Below are positions 22,879 through 35,250 of a stretch of DNA of 39,818 bases, piece by piece. The stretch is from Octopus bimaculoides (taxonomy: Eukaryota), in assembly GCF_001194135.2 (NCBI RefSeq), contig NC_068982.1, positions 25,993,008-26,032,825 on the forward strand. The letters run 5' to 3'. Numbering within the stretch: the stretch's first letter is position 1; every line of letters begins with the position of its first letter. Made by a program: the position numbers and the translations under genes. The notes below the pieces were generated by a model. The model saw only the letters and a list, made by a program, of their open reading frames with translations, ran no database searches and was not told the DNA's origin.

Positions 22879-23095
22879 AAGGCGGCGGGCTGGTAGAGGC
22901 GTTGGCACGCGGGGCGAAATGCCTAGCGGTATTTCGTCTGTCTTTACGTTCTGAGTTCAAATTCTGCCGAGGTGGACTTTGCCTTTCATCCTTTCGGGGT
23001 CGATAAATTAAGTACCAGTTGCGTACTGGGGTCGATCTAATCGACTGGCACCCTCTCCAAAAATTTCAGGCCTTGTGCCTACAGTAGAAAAGAAT
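22879..23095 (+). mobile_element. tRNA-derived SINE family C, full length
   Basis: GGCGGCGGGCTGGTAGAG (A-box-like) and GAGTTCAAATTC (B-box). The body is near-identical to 38131-38344. Confidence 0.9.
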
Positions 23096-23284
23096 ATTTG
23101 CTGCATGTCTTTGAAATGATCTCATTCATCATCTTCAAAGAAGAAAACAACAACTAATTATAACTATTATTTCAGTAGCCTTATTTAACAAATGCTTTCA
23201 CCACACAGCAATGCACAGAACTATATTTCTTGGATATATGTGATATTTCGTTTTGGTATTGTGTTTTTTTATTGTATTAACAAT

Positions 23285-23675
23285 TCTCTATGTACTCCAA
23301 GCGTGCAGTGTCTAGTAGTATTGTTTCTGTGTGTTTAAGTCCCGGGGATTTGGTCATATATTTACATGTTGTTTATTTTTAACAGTCTGAAGGCACATAT
23401 TAGTATAGAGGCTGTTTCTGCTTTGGATTATGGTTATATCTGTATCCAAAGATTTCTGTTTGGATATTTTATTGTTTCAAAGATATAGTGTCATTTGTTA
23501 GAATTGATACATCATTAAGGAGGTATTTTCCTTCATGATGCTCTTTGGCAGACAATAAATATCTGGTCGATTTGACTTAATAACTCTGTGCGTATGAAAT
23601 GACGTATTTCAGAGAGTAGGGTTACCATGTCAATCTCTATTTCATTTGCTGTGTACATTTTCATCCTCTCCTTTC
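23285..23675 (-). mobile_element. Degraded R4/Dong RLE fragment
   Basis: Frameshifted RVIKSNRPDI (~23573-23558), YLLNDVSI, ETASILICAF and DQIPG. Confidence 0.65.
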
Positions 23676-24424
23676 TGTCAATAAGTTATAATGCTATATA
23701 ATTTCAATATTTGAAAACTTCAACTTTGTTATGTGAGTATGTTTTCTCCTTTCGGTTAAGAAACGCTAGCCAGAAAAAAAAAAAAAAACACAAGAAAACC
23801 CCAGTAAAGGAACAAAAAACTAAATTTATTGATTCTTTTTAATCTCCACATATTCTTCAGTAATCTATAGTATTCTATCCCATGATAGGTATATGGCAGG
23901 AAGGCTGTGGTCTTGTACTGCAGGCAAAAATTGTCGGTCACAAATCAAATTGTCCACTTCTCAGTTACTGCTGTGTGTTTCATTATCAAATTTCACTTTG
24001 ATCAGTCTTTTAATATGACTGTGATGCTAACAGTTGTAGCACAATTTTTTGTATTCATTTGTTCCAGTTTTTTTTTTTTTTTGCACTTATGAGCATTTTC
24101 ATAAGCGTACAATGGCATACTTATTTCATAAATTCTTAATTGCAGAAGACTAGATTTATGTTCTAGGTGACTAGACTCTTTTTCTATTTCAAGCATTGGC
24201 TGATATACTCTAAACGATCTTAGTAGTTACCTTTTCCTTAGCCATATAGTCTCCAGTGCAGTATGTTATGAACGTCAAAGCTTCTTTTGTTAGAATATTA
24301 ACATTTAATAGTATTTAGTTTCATTTTAATATATGAATCTGAAGTGCAGCAATGTTCTTTCTTAAATCATTTTGTATATTATGCAATAATATTTTTCTGT
24401 CTATTTAGCAGCATTTTTCCAACT

Positions 24425-24575
24425 TTACGTTTTGAATTCGAATGCTACGGGGTCGGTTTTGCTTTTCATCCTTTAGTGGGGTCGATGAAATAAGTACCAG
24501 TCAAACACTGGGATCGATGTCATCGACTTATGCCCTCCCCCAAAATTGTTGGCCTTGTGCCAGAATTTGAAATCA
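24425..24575 (+). mobile_element. SINE family C, 5'-truncated
   Basis: TTTCATCCTTT...GGGGTCGATGAAATAAGTACCAGT...GGCCTTGTGCC. Confidence 0.8.
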
Positions 24576-26179
24576 ATATTTTGTCTATTTCGTTTAGTGT
24601 TAAGTATATTGAGATAAATTCTTGTTTCCTCGTATCTGTAGCTAATATTTATAGATCATACTGATGTTTATGAACTTTTCCATCAAAAGTGACACATTTT
24701 TCTCAAAGTGAATTTTATATTCTGACAACTCTCATATGAGCAATGATGTCAAAAATGTTGGCTAAAGACAATTACCACCATCAAATAAAAGGAGAATGTA
24801 GGAAATATGCAAAATATAATAGTATATATGGTAGGCAAATTCATTATGTAAAAAAATAGGCATTGGGTCAAGAATAAAAATGTGAAGACTTGGCAATAAC
24901 TTTGGCAATAACTCAAGTAAATGTTACTGTGAATTTATTGTCATAGGTAGACTTTACTCTAATATATAACTAATTTTTGTATTATTCTATTTATTGTATT
25001 AACTAATTATGTACTACTAGTATTTTGTATAACCTATTTTCAAATGTCTAATTATTAATTAATAATTAAAAAATGAATTTTTTAAAGTACAAAATATATT
25101 TTGAGTTATTTATTTTATTTTTGATAGAATTAACAAGTAATAACAAATAAAAGTAATAACTTGTAATAAAATTTTTAGTTTTAATAAAAGCTAATATTTT
25201 CTAAATCTAAATATTCTATTTGAAATTTTATCCTTAGCTGCAATATTTTAAGTAAAAAGTTTCTTGTTCTGTACTTCACTAGGTGTAATAAGTTGTCCTG
25301 AACTTTTCCAAGTGTAATAACTTGTCCTGTAGTTTTCCAGGTTTATAATCTTAAGAATATTATTTCTCTTGCTCGCATTTTTCCATGGAACAATTAATAT
25401 GTATTACTGGACAGTACAAGTAAAGAATTGTGTCTTTTGTCGACTGCGACATAAGAATATTACTTAAAAGTGAGAGTGAGGAAGAGAGGAGAACTCGTTG
25501 AGAAGGCTTTGTGACTCTCTGGTTAAGTTGAATTTCCCAGCCTTTTTATAACTGTTACCCGTCCTTCTATCATCTTCGACCAAACTATTTGGTAAGAAAA
25601 CCCACCTATTTCTTTTGAAGATTGCTGCCTCAACCATAATAAGCTATCCAGTGCTGATTGGTTGAATCATATTTGCACATATATATATAAAACCTTTTAT
25701 GGAAATATATTGATTCGTGGCTCTAGACTGGGAAACCTTGAGAACTGTGGTTTAAATCTCCGTCAGAGTCGCGATATAGCAATCCCCTTACAGTGAGTTT
25801 GTCATACTACAAACGGAACAAAAATATGCCGTGAAAATAGCTATTAAAAGAACAAAACTATTAAATTACATAAAAGTTGCAGAAAGTATAAGTGCAGAGT
25901 GTTCATAATTAAGAGAAAAAAAGTTCATAAAAGTTGACAGAAGTTCACAGTGTAATTCAATATTTGTATAAAATGTCACACTACAGAAATATAATATTTT
26001 ACATAATAGGAACAGTAGCTTTGTGTACTGAGAATGTATGTATCTTTAACAAATTTAAGTGTAGCAATATATGTTATTTATGTTGACATTTTCTGCACAG
26101 AAATAAATGAAATTTTGTGTTTTTTAGTTAACACCACGGTTTTCATCCAATTAGGAATAGATTTGATTAAATTTTAATG

Positions 26180-26760
26180 ACAGTCTAATCTATGTTTATC
26201 TTCGGTCAGTGCTTCTTTCTTGGCGATAGCGGATGCAATTTTCGACGATCTTGTTTCCAACTTTCTAGTAAAAGGTTTCCAAAGATTTGATTCCGTGAGT
26301 TATTTTCCAGGCTTGCGATATCGTGTTTGCACTGCATGGAACACCATCATCCTGAAAGAAAGATGGGTTTTCTTATCAATTTCTGCTTTGGAATATATAC
26401 AGGTAAAGGACTCACTTCATGGATTTGACTGTATTTTGAACCATTTAAATGATTTTCAACGAAAATTGGCTCTAATCTGCTTATCGCTCAAATTTTCTTC
26501 AGACAATTCTTCCATGTTTAGCCGTTCCTTGCAAACAATTTGGCTCTCATATGTTGATTATGTTTTTCCATAACTAAATTTGCGTTGAAGTAGAAAATTG
26601 GCAGAATTTGTAATTGTCAGACTATATTATTGATGGCGAAATCTCCTCTTCCATACGATAGAACTTTTTAGACTTGGTAAACCTTTTGGTTTTATTTTCC
26701 AAGGTTTTATTTTCCGATTTCTTTCAAAATCGTTCTTACGTAATATGGTGACATATCTAA
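26180..26760 (-). pseudogene. Possible decayed coding sequence with a 64-nt GT-AG intron (unidentified)
   Basis: Donor GAA|GTGAGT at 26415 and acceptor TCTTTCTTTCAG| at 26352. The spliced frame reads ...NGSKYSQIHE|DDGVPCSANT..., with frameshifts on both sides. Confidence 0.25.
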
Positions 26761-27179
26761 AGAATATAGTGAATATTTAAAGAATGTGTTCGAGGATGAT
26801 TAAGGGGTTAGATGGGTGCTGAAGAAAGGCCAACCCCCACCACGAAATATGGCATATACGCCCATTACTCATTTTCATCTTCGATCTCATTGTTTGTTTA
26901 CATCTGATGTCTCGTATACGAAACGTAGTAGCAAAATTCAGTACTGGTTATAATTCGATATAATTTATCTTCTGCTCGCTAGAAAATTAATATTTGTTTA
27001 TATAATGTGGATGACATTATGTAATCCAACAAGAGAAAGAATGAAACGGTATAGGCAATGACGTAAAAAGAAGCAAGGGTCGAATCACTAGAACAAGCAC
27101 TGGATCATCAAAGTATAGAGTGAGTATTTACAACAGATAAGCAAACGTGTTCAAGATAGAACAGAAAATGAAAATGAGA

Positions 27180-27519
27180 GATGCACCTCTGCATCTCCTA
27201 CAACCTTTTTTGTTCCGTTGGTAACATACTGTTCGCAACAAGAAATTTGCACAGTTCTTCTTCAATTCCTCCTCATTGCCGCATTAATAAGAGGCAAGAA
27301 ATTGGCCAGTAATTGTCAGCAGCATTTACTTTTGATGCATCCTTGAGACACAACACTGTTCGTCCCCTTTTCAACCAGCCCGGGATTTCTTCTTCCCCAT
27401 CGATCTATGCATTAAATTGCTCTGCGATCAATTTATGGTACCTACTGAACATTTTTACCCAAAATTCCTGTACACCATCAGGTCCTGCTGCTTTCCAATT
27501 GTTTATCTTTTTACTCATG
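27180..27519 (-). mobile_element. R4/Dong-clade RT N-terminal fragment
   Basis: KKINNWKAAGPDGVQEFWVK.F..YH.LIAEQFN...[28 protein letters not shown]...LPTEQK. Confidence 0.8.
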
Positions 27520-27675
<156 letters not shown>

Positions 27676-28272
27676 TTTCCGATTGATTTGCATTTTATTT
27701 CATTTTCCGACTGGGTCTGAATCAGAGACATAAGGCACGTATAGATCAGATGGAAAGAAACTTCCTGAGAATATGGCCGATTGATGTCAACACAATGTCT
27801 TGAGTCTCATAGATTGTTGGTTTCCCAAGGATTTGGTCAAAAAATTTGTCAGTACCTTTCTTGATCATTCCTAGGGCATACATGACAATAGGGATAGTTT
27901 TGGTTTTTAATTGCCACTTCTTAGATATCTCAATCTCAAGGTCCTTATATTTCAACAGTTCTTCAGATTCCTTTTCTGAGAAGTTTCTATCAGTACGCAC
28001 TGTCATATCAGGCATGTTTTTTGTCTTATGTTTTTGATGGCGATGTCTCGTCTGTTAGCATTTATTTTCCTGTCTGTATGCATCCTATAATCCCGTAGGA
28101 TGGTAACATTCTCTCCCTCAGTGACTGGCTCTGGATGATGTTGATACCAGTTCTTAGGGTGCGGGATATCATAGTGACGTCATATGCTCCAGTGCAAGTA
28201 TTAGCCAACTCAATCATGCCTGGTTTTTATATTCTGTAGGAGCAAGGCCTGAACAGCCCGCAACAATGTGAT
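27676..28272 (-). mobile_element. R4/Dong-clade LINE 3' end: end of CCHC knuckle, RLE, 3'UTR
   Basis: HIVAGCSGLAPTEYK...YLHWSI...KNWYQHHPEPVTEGENVTIL...TDRKINANRRDI...LLKYKDLEIEISKKW..KTIPIVMYALG...HILRKFLSI*, then a short UTR and (TAA)n. Confidence 0.88.
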
Positions 28273-31235
28273 GAAAGCGTTCAAGGACCCTTACATGACG
28301 TTTGTAAAGGATCCATGTCTCACATGAATAAAAGAGCGATGTCAGTACACATGCACGGTACACAGCAATTTTTGTTTGCCTTGTGATACCATGCTGGGAC
28401 CAGACACAAGACTGAAGAGACTGGAAGAAATCAGTTGCTCTCTGCAGCCTGAGAGATATTTCAATATCCAGGGAGCAAGAACGGCTGAGTGTGCTGCCCA
28501 GGTAAACAAACATGTCTATCACTTTCATTATTGTTCCTTCAACCAAGATAGCTGGTTCCACATATGGATTTCCTGGTACAGGCTGGAACATTACAACAGT
28601 CTAGCCCAGGCTAATTCTGAGTCCAAATGCCTTGCAAGAAACAGAAATACGATTCATCAGTATTTGCACGCTATCCACTGTATGAGCGACTAAGCCAGTC
28701 ATCTGCATAAAGGAAGTCACGAATAAGAGACTGGAAAACTTTTGAAGTGACAGCAAATCGGCGCAGATTAAAGAGGCGGCCAGAAGATCGATACCTGACA
28801 TATAGTCCCAGAGAGCAAACTTTAGCAAAAGCATGAGTGAAAGCAGCAGCAAAGTACAAAGAAAAGAGAGTTGGGGTAAGGATATCACCCTGCTTGACAC
28901 CATTCTCTACAGGAATGGGTCCCGCCATGCCACTCCCAACATTGACCCAAGCCTCCATCTCATCACGAAATGATTTAATCATAGATACAAAGTGATCCGG
29001 ACATCTAAGTATTTTCCATAGCAAGGCCCTATTCACAGCATCAAAGGCCTTCGTTAAATCAATGAATACCTTGACAAGATCCATATTTTGCTCATAGCAC
29101 TTCTCTTGCATCAGACTTACTGTGAAAATCATATTCATTGTTCTTGTACCAGACCAGAAGCTACTTTGAGATTCAGATAGGACATCATTTACGAGACATC
29201 TATTCAGGCGAATAAGAAGAATATTTGCTAGAACCTTGCCAGCAGTTGATAGTAGAGCAATACTTCTGCAGTTACCACACATTATTCTGGTTCCTTTTCC
29301 TTTATAGAGAAGAAGAGTAATTGCATCCTTCCAGTCCTTAGGCATTGCACCATCCCTCCAGACTACACTAATAAGTTCATGAAGGGACTGTATGATGTAA
29401 CCACCACCAAATCACAAGACCTCAACACAAATTCCATCCCTTCCAAGTGCTCTAACAAGATTAAATTTACTTATTGCTGTCGTTATCTCATCTATTGAGG
29501 GCGTGGGATTTAAGGAGCCAATGATAGGTCTTTGTTGCATAGCATCAATCACTGTTTCATCCACAACTGATACATGGTTCAAGAGTGCAGAGAAGTGTTC
29601 AATCCAGCAACCTGTGATTTCTGTTGATTTAGTAAATAGAGTAGAAGACTCTTGGAAAGCAAAGGGGGCTGATGCAAAGTTCCTAGGCCCATAAACTCGC
29701 TTTATAAGATGGTAAAGCTTCTTGCTGTAATTTGCATCAACAGCAGCCTGAACATCACGAGCAAGATCCTCCCATTGAGTGTTCTGTATCTTCCTGGGAG
29801 ATCGCTGCAATTGTGATTTTATACTGCTATAGTGGGCAAGTGCTAGATTCCGCTGCACAACTGAAAGTCCTCTGTGCAGCAATACATTGTGAGCATGGCG
29901 CTATACAACCAATAGTCGCTGAACTTCAGCATCATTTTCATCAAACCCGTCTCTGCGTCTGGAAGAAGCATACCCCAGTGTTTCAGCAGCACGTTGAAAA
30001 ATCTGATCTCGAAAATCTTCCCATACTGTAGTATTTTCAATGCTGGATGAGCGAGTCTGAAGCTCTTTCCACAACACAGCATCATATATCTTGTCGACAT
30101 TCAGACGCCGAGGAATGACAACTGGCTTTCTTCTCTCTTTCACTCCAATCATCATACGGAACTTTGCTCGCACCAGACTGTGGTCTGTCCAGCATTCCGA
30201 TCCATGAAAGGACTTGACGTTACAAATGTCATAGATGTCCCGCTTGCAGATGATGACATAATCCAGCAAATGTCAAACTTTAGACTTTGGGTGCATCCAC
30301 GTTGTTGTGTGATCACCTTCGTGCATAAAATGAGTGCTTGCGGTGTAAAGTCTATGTTCATCGCAAAGCTCCAGCTGCATGAGACCATAGCTATTCATTT
30401 TCCCTACACCAAAACGTCTTAGAGAGTTCCATGTTTGCCAGTTTGTTCCAAATCTGGCATTGAAATCCCCCACTAGAATGACTTTATCAGAATTGGGGAT
30501 TTTCTTAAGTATGGCTCTCAGCTGGGCATAAAAAATAGTTATATCTTCATCGCAACTAGTCAAAGTAGGTGCACAGGCACATATTAAACTAGCCAACGAG
30601 CCACCTTTCATGTGCAATCGTATAGTCATTAGACGTTCATTTATAGGAACTGGAAGCTCCTCCAACTTCTTAAGAATATCAGATCGAACTGCAAAACCAA
30701 CACAAGCCTCTCTGCGCTCTTCCTTCAGCTTCCCTTTCCAATAAAGGTGTATCTGCCTCCTACTTCCTCAAGCTGACCATCATCTTCTATACGAATCTCT
30801 GAAAGTGCAGCTATATCAATGTTATAGCGGTTCAGCTCACGAGCAACAAGTGCAGTGCGTTTTTCAGGCGTACCATCACTCTTGTTATCCAACAGTGCGC
30901 ACATTCCAACACGAAATGTTCAAGTTCCATCCAGATTTTGTAAAAAAAAAGTCTCTTTGTTTTTCGAGCGCAGGGTAGACATTAGTTAGTCGCGCTAAAC
31001 TGACCAGATATAGAAAGGCAGGCAATTTTTGGTTCACTTTTTCTAGAACCTCCTTGGCTCCGGGTGAGCAGTGCCCCCTCCAAATGGAGCTGCTCGGACA
31101 CCCATACAGCAACCGAATCCTATCGCTGTTAGTGGTGTTGCTAGTAGTTCACACACATTGGTGAAGTGTTGAAAGTTGTTGATAAAAAAAAAAGAATCTA
31201 ATGTAAACCTCCACCAAGGCAACACCAACGATTAG
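28269..31235 (-). mobile_element. RTE-clade LINE (5'UTR, APE, RT), frameshifted, lacking its own C-terminus and 3' end
   Basis: APE: ISCWNVRT, RTALVARELNRYNIDIAALSE, CAPTLTS, VGDFNAR, WMHPKSK, LDYVI, WTDHSLV. RT: WKDAIT..LYKGKG...NCRSIALLS, FIDLTKAFDAV, GVKQGDILTPTLF, FLYADD (28709-28698), FVYLGS, YSCETW. Confidence 0.93.
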
Positions 31236-31346
31236 CCGGAGATGGTTTTAAGATGAGAATATCTGAAATAAACTTGATTGTTCTCACAATCGAGAATACT
31301 AGAAATGAACCCGAGCGCTCTCAAAAATTAAGTAAAAAAACCGGAA

Positions 31347-31386
31347 AAATAATCCAGAATCCTTGTCCGGTACCTGATCGATCCCA
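31347..31386. repeat. ~38-bp direct repeat, second copy at 32035-32072
   Basis: AAATAATCCAGAATCCTTGTCCGGTACC(T/G)GATCGATCC occurs twice. Confidence 0.9.
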
Positions 31387-31660
31387 ATGGTACTCATGGA
31401 ATGTGAACGTGGGTGTGCAGGTCGATCTTGTAACGCTGTGTGTATGTTGTCTGCAGTGGGAACAGGGACAGTTTTCTCTATGAAAGCCTTTTTTAATCTA
31501 TCCACTGATATAGTGTCTTTACGACCATTAAGGTCTATAGTAAAAAATTTATCCGTGCGTGAAAGAAAGTGGAAAGAACATGCATACGGTGTTAACGGAA
31601 GTTTAATAACGTCGTTGCGCACAAAAACGTGAGTCCAAGAAGTAAAGCTTACTTCAAGGC
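31387..31660 (-). mobile_element. Gypsy LTR-retrotransposon integrase C-terminal fragment
   Basis: SWTHVFVRNDVIKLPLTPYACSFHFLSRTDKFFTIDLNGRKDTISVDRLKKAF matches the GPY/F-module pattern THVFVR.D..K.PL.PPY.GP..V..R..K.F.....GR...VS.DRLK.A. Confidence 0.8.
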
Positions 31661-32411
31661 AGAGCTAGAAGTGCAATTGTTAAATAGGTAAGAGGTTTTA
31701 AACAGGAGCGAAATATTCAAAATTGGTAAAACTAAAAATTGTCGAGGGTAAATTAAATTTATTATTGTTACTGTACATGTTAGTGGTATTTCATTTCTGA
31801 ATGGTTTTGCTGCCGTTTGTTTATGTGGCTTAATTTTTTTATCCATCAGTTCCTACTAAGACAGAGACGCGAGTAAAATTGATAATAGAGAAACGAAAAT
31901 AAAACTTGGGAAGAAACAACGCCGCCATAACTTACGTGGAAACCATGAGCGTGCTTTCAAGGGATATGATCAGAGAAATACTTGAAAGTGAACGTAAGAT
32001 CGTAATACTTCATGTAAAGTAAAGTAAATATAACAAATAATCCAGAATCCTTGTCCGGTACCGGATCGATCCAAAAATCTAATCAGTTCGTGTCAGTCAT
32101 GTACGAGCCGATCAGGTATAAGGTCGGGGTATGAGAGTCTCTTGCTAACGGTAAATGATCAGTGGGGATAGAGAAACACAAAAATTTAGGGGTATTCGGT
32201 GGATATTGATTGAAAGTGTGTGGGGAGAGGGGGAAATATACGGAGGCTATCAACTAATAAGATCAAGCTTATGGAATTAAAGTTATAATAGAGTACTACC
32301 TATCAATAAGGAATCGCATGTTACGGGATGCAAACAAAGCAACACCGGTTGTCATGCGGTGGGGTGGGACAAACACAGACACTAGGGTATATACACGCAC
32401 ACTCACTCCAC

Positions 32412-32439
<28 letters not shown>

Positions 32440-32442
<3 letters not shown>

Positions 32443-32750
32443 GCCACTCCAGTATAGCCTTGTGAATGGATTTGGTAGACGGAAACTGAAAGAAGTCCGT
32501 CGTATATATATGTATATGTGTGTGTGTGTGTGTGTGTGCGCGTGCGCCTGTGTTTGTACTCCCACTATAGCTTGACAGCCGATGTTGGTGTGTTTACGTC
32601 CCCGTAAATTAGCGGTTCGGCAAAAGTAACCGATAGAATAAGTATTAGGCTTACAAAGAATAAGTCCTGGTGTCAATTTGTTCGACTAAAGGCGGTGCTC
32701 CAGCATGGCTGCAGTCAAATGACTGAAACAAATAAATGAATGAAAGAATA
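32440..32750 (+). mobile_element. SINE family B, headless body and tail
   Basis: GGATTTGGTAGACGGAAACTGAAAGAAG...GGCGGTGCTCCAGCATGGCTGCAGTCAAATGACTGAAAC. Confidence 0.88.
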
Positions 32751-32760
32751 TATATATATA

Positions 32761-32928
32761 GGCGCAGGAGTGGCTGTGTGGTAAGAAGCTTGTTTCCCAA
32801 CCACATGGTTCCGGGTTTAGTTCCACTGCGTGACACCTTGGGCAAGTGTCTCCTACTATAGCCTCGGGCCGTCCAAAGCTTTGTGAGTGGATTTGGTAGA
32901 CGGAAACTATATATATACCTGTCGTATA

Positions 32929-32935
<7 letters not shown>
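32761..32935 (+). mobile_element. SINE family B head
   Basis: GGCGCAGGAGTGGCTGTGTGGTAAG...CCTTGGGCAAGTGTC...GGTAGACGGAAAC. Confidence 0.88.
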
Positions 32936-32964
<29 letters not shown>

Positions 32965-33041
32965 TAAAGAGAGAAAAAGATAAAGAGAACAATGGCAAAG
33001 TTAGAAATATAATATATATATATATATATATATATACCTGT

Positions 33042-33093
<52 letters not shown>

Positions 33094-33150
33094 TAAAGAG
33101 AGAAAAGGATAAAGAGAACAATGGCAAAGTTAGAAATATAATATATATAT
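32912..33150. repeat. ~119-bp tandem duplication
   Basis: Two units start TATATACCTGTCG at 32912 and 33031 and share AAAGAGAGAAAA(A/G)GATAAAGAGAACAATGGCAAAGTTAGAAATATAAT. Confidence 0.92.
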
Positions 33151-33179
33151 ATCTATATATATAAAATTTAAATGAGAGT

Positions 33180-34020
33180 TTTGACGCTAATATCCATTAT
33201 TATTGAAGTTTATTACCTATGTCAACATTTCTGTATAAGGTTATATTTAACTGTTAATTCAAGTTAAATAAGTAAATTACTTTACACATCCTCAGGGTAA
33301 AAAGTAAAAAGTAAACACCAAAAATATAATCTCTAAGTCTTATTCATATTCAAATTCCTCCTTAAATAAATTCGTCCTTAAATAAAGATCCATCTAAGGG
33401 AGAAAACTCTCGCAATATTATTAATTATAAACACTCAAGTATTACAAATTATTGATTCCTGGTAATAAATTCTAAACCGATGGAAATCTATATTATATTA
33501 TCTCTAGAAACTTTAGCAAATACACAAATACAATTTTAATATTATTGTTATTGGTAAATTATTGGTAAATTATACATTAATAGGCCCTGCCTTTAAACCT
33601 AATATACTATAATACCCGATCATACCGAAATTTATAATTTATTTAAACCAGAAAAATGTATGTCTAAGATAATGGCTATATCTGAAAGCATTGTATGTTA
33701 GTTTATTTATTAACTTACCCTTAGAGAATAATATAAAATATAACTCTAGATTACAAGGCGAGCAATATCGCTTACCTTTGTCATAAGGGAAAGATTTCCC
33801 AATAATTGACCATTCTAACGAATATTGCTTTTTTTGTTTCTTCAGTTCCCAAATGAATTTACTAAGACTAGTACTCCCTATTTTACTTCTATCTCTAAAG
33901 GTACTATAATGATATTCTTCCACAGATTTGTCCAAAAGAACACCCCACGTATAGGCTAACATCTGTCTGAGTCTTTACCTTACATTGATAAACTACATTC
34001 CTCGTTCTCACATTTGGTAA
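33180..34020 (-). mobile_element. Penelope-like element 3' fragment with GIY-YIG endonuclease
   Basis: RNVVYQCKVKTQTDVSLYVG (VVY 33996-33988, YVG 33951-33943), then after a frameshift HYSTFR...STSLSKFIWELK...WSII...CSPCNLELYFIL...LINK, followed by an AT-rich 3' region. Confidence 0.82.
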
Positions 34021-34068
34021 CGATTACATGTTTATCTCACCAATACATTGTGGAGATATCATTATATG

Positions 34069-34110
<42 letters not shown>

Positions 34111-34157
34111 AATATATATATATACATAAATATATATATGTGTGTGTGTGTGTGTAT

Positions 34158-34424
34158 GACGGAAAATACATATATACCTGTCGTATATATATATAAATAT
34201 ATGTATATATTTGTGTGTTTGTGTCCGTTTGTCCCTCCACCATCGCTTGACAACCGATCTTGGTGTGTTACGTCCCCCTAACTTAATGGTTCGGCAATAC
34301 AGACTGATAGAATTAGTACCAGGCTTACAAAGAATAAGCCCAGGGCTCGATTTCTTCGACTAAAATGCGATGCTCCACCATGGCCACGGTCAAAATGACT
34401 GAAGCAATTAAAAGTGTAAAGCTA

Positions 34425-34425
<1 letters not shown>
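34158..34425 (+). mobile_element. SINE family B tail half
   Basis: CATCGCTTGACAACCG...TACGTCCCC...AGTACCAGGCTTACAAAGAATAAG...GATGCTCCACCATGGCCACGGTC. Confidence 0.85.
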
Positions 34426-34495
<70 letters not shown>

Positions 34496-35250
34496 NNNNN
34501 NNNNNNNNNNNNNNNNNNNNNNNNNNNNNNNNNNNNNNNNNNNNNNNNNNNNNNNNNNNNNNNNNNNNNNNNNNNNNNNNNNNNNNNNNNNNNNNNNNNN
34601 NNNNNNNNNNNNNNNNNNNNNNNNNNNNNNNNNNNNNNNNNNNNNNNNNNNNNNNNNNNNNNNNNNNNNNNNNNNNNNNNNNNNNNNNNNNNNNNNNNNN
34701 NNNNNNNNNNNNNNNNNNNNNNNNNNNNNNNNNNNNNNNNNNNNNNNNNNNNNNNNNNNNNNNNNNNNNNNNNNNNNNNNNNNNNNNNNNNNNNNNNNNN
34801 NNNNNNNNNNNNNNNNNNNNNNNNNNNNNNNNNNNNNNNNNNNNNNNNNNNNNNNNNNNNNNNNNNNNNNNNNNNNNNNNNNNNNNNNNNNNNNNNNNNN
34901 NNNNNNNNNNNNNNNNNNNNNNNNNNNNNNNNNNNNNNNNNNNNNNNNNNNNNNNNNNNNNNNNNNNNNNNNNNNNNNNNNNNNNNNNNNNNNNNNNNNN
35001 NNNNNNNNNNNNNNNNNNNNNNNNNNNNNNNNNNNNNNNNNNNNNNNNNNNNNNNNNNNNNNTTTTCATTATGAGGTTTTTTTCACGCTGACTACTTGAT
35101 AAATTCTTATAAAGAATTTATCCTATATTATATATATATATAATAATAATATTAGGGACAAAATCCAAAATTACAGGTAAAAAACTCAATTAAAATCAAT
35201 TTATAAAAAATTAAAATTAAATTGAGCCTTATAGATAAAGTATATATAAA

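Noticed and set aside
26903-26930. Second hammerhead candidate (CTGATGTCTCGTATACGAAACGTAG)
   Set aside because: The core lacks A9, and stems I and II do not pair properly.
27676-31235. Calling the RTE/R4 fusion a true Dualen/RandI element
   Set aside because: Each half matches a different standard clade and the CCHC knuckle is half-deleted at the junction. It is reported as a chimera pending a copy-number test.
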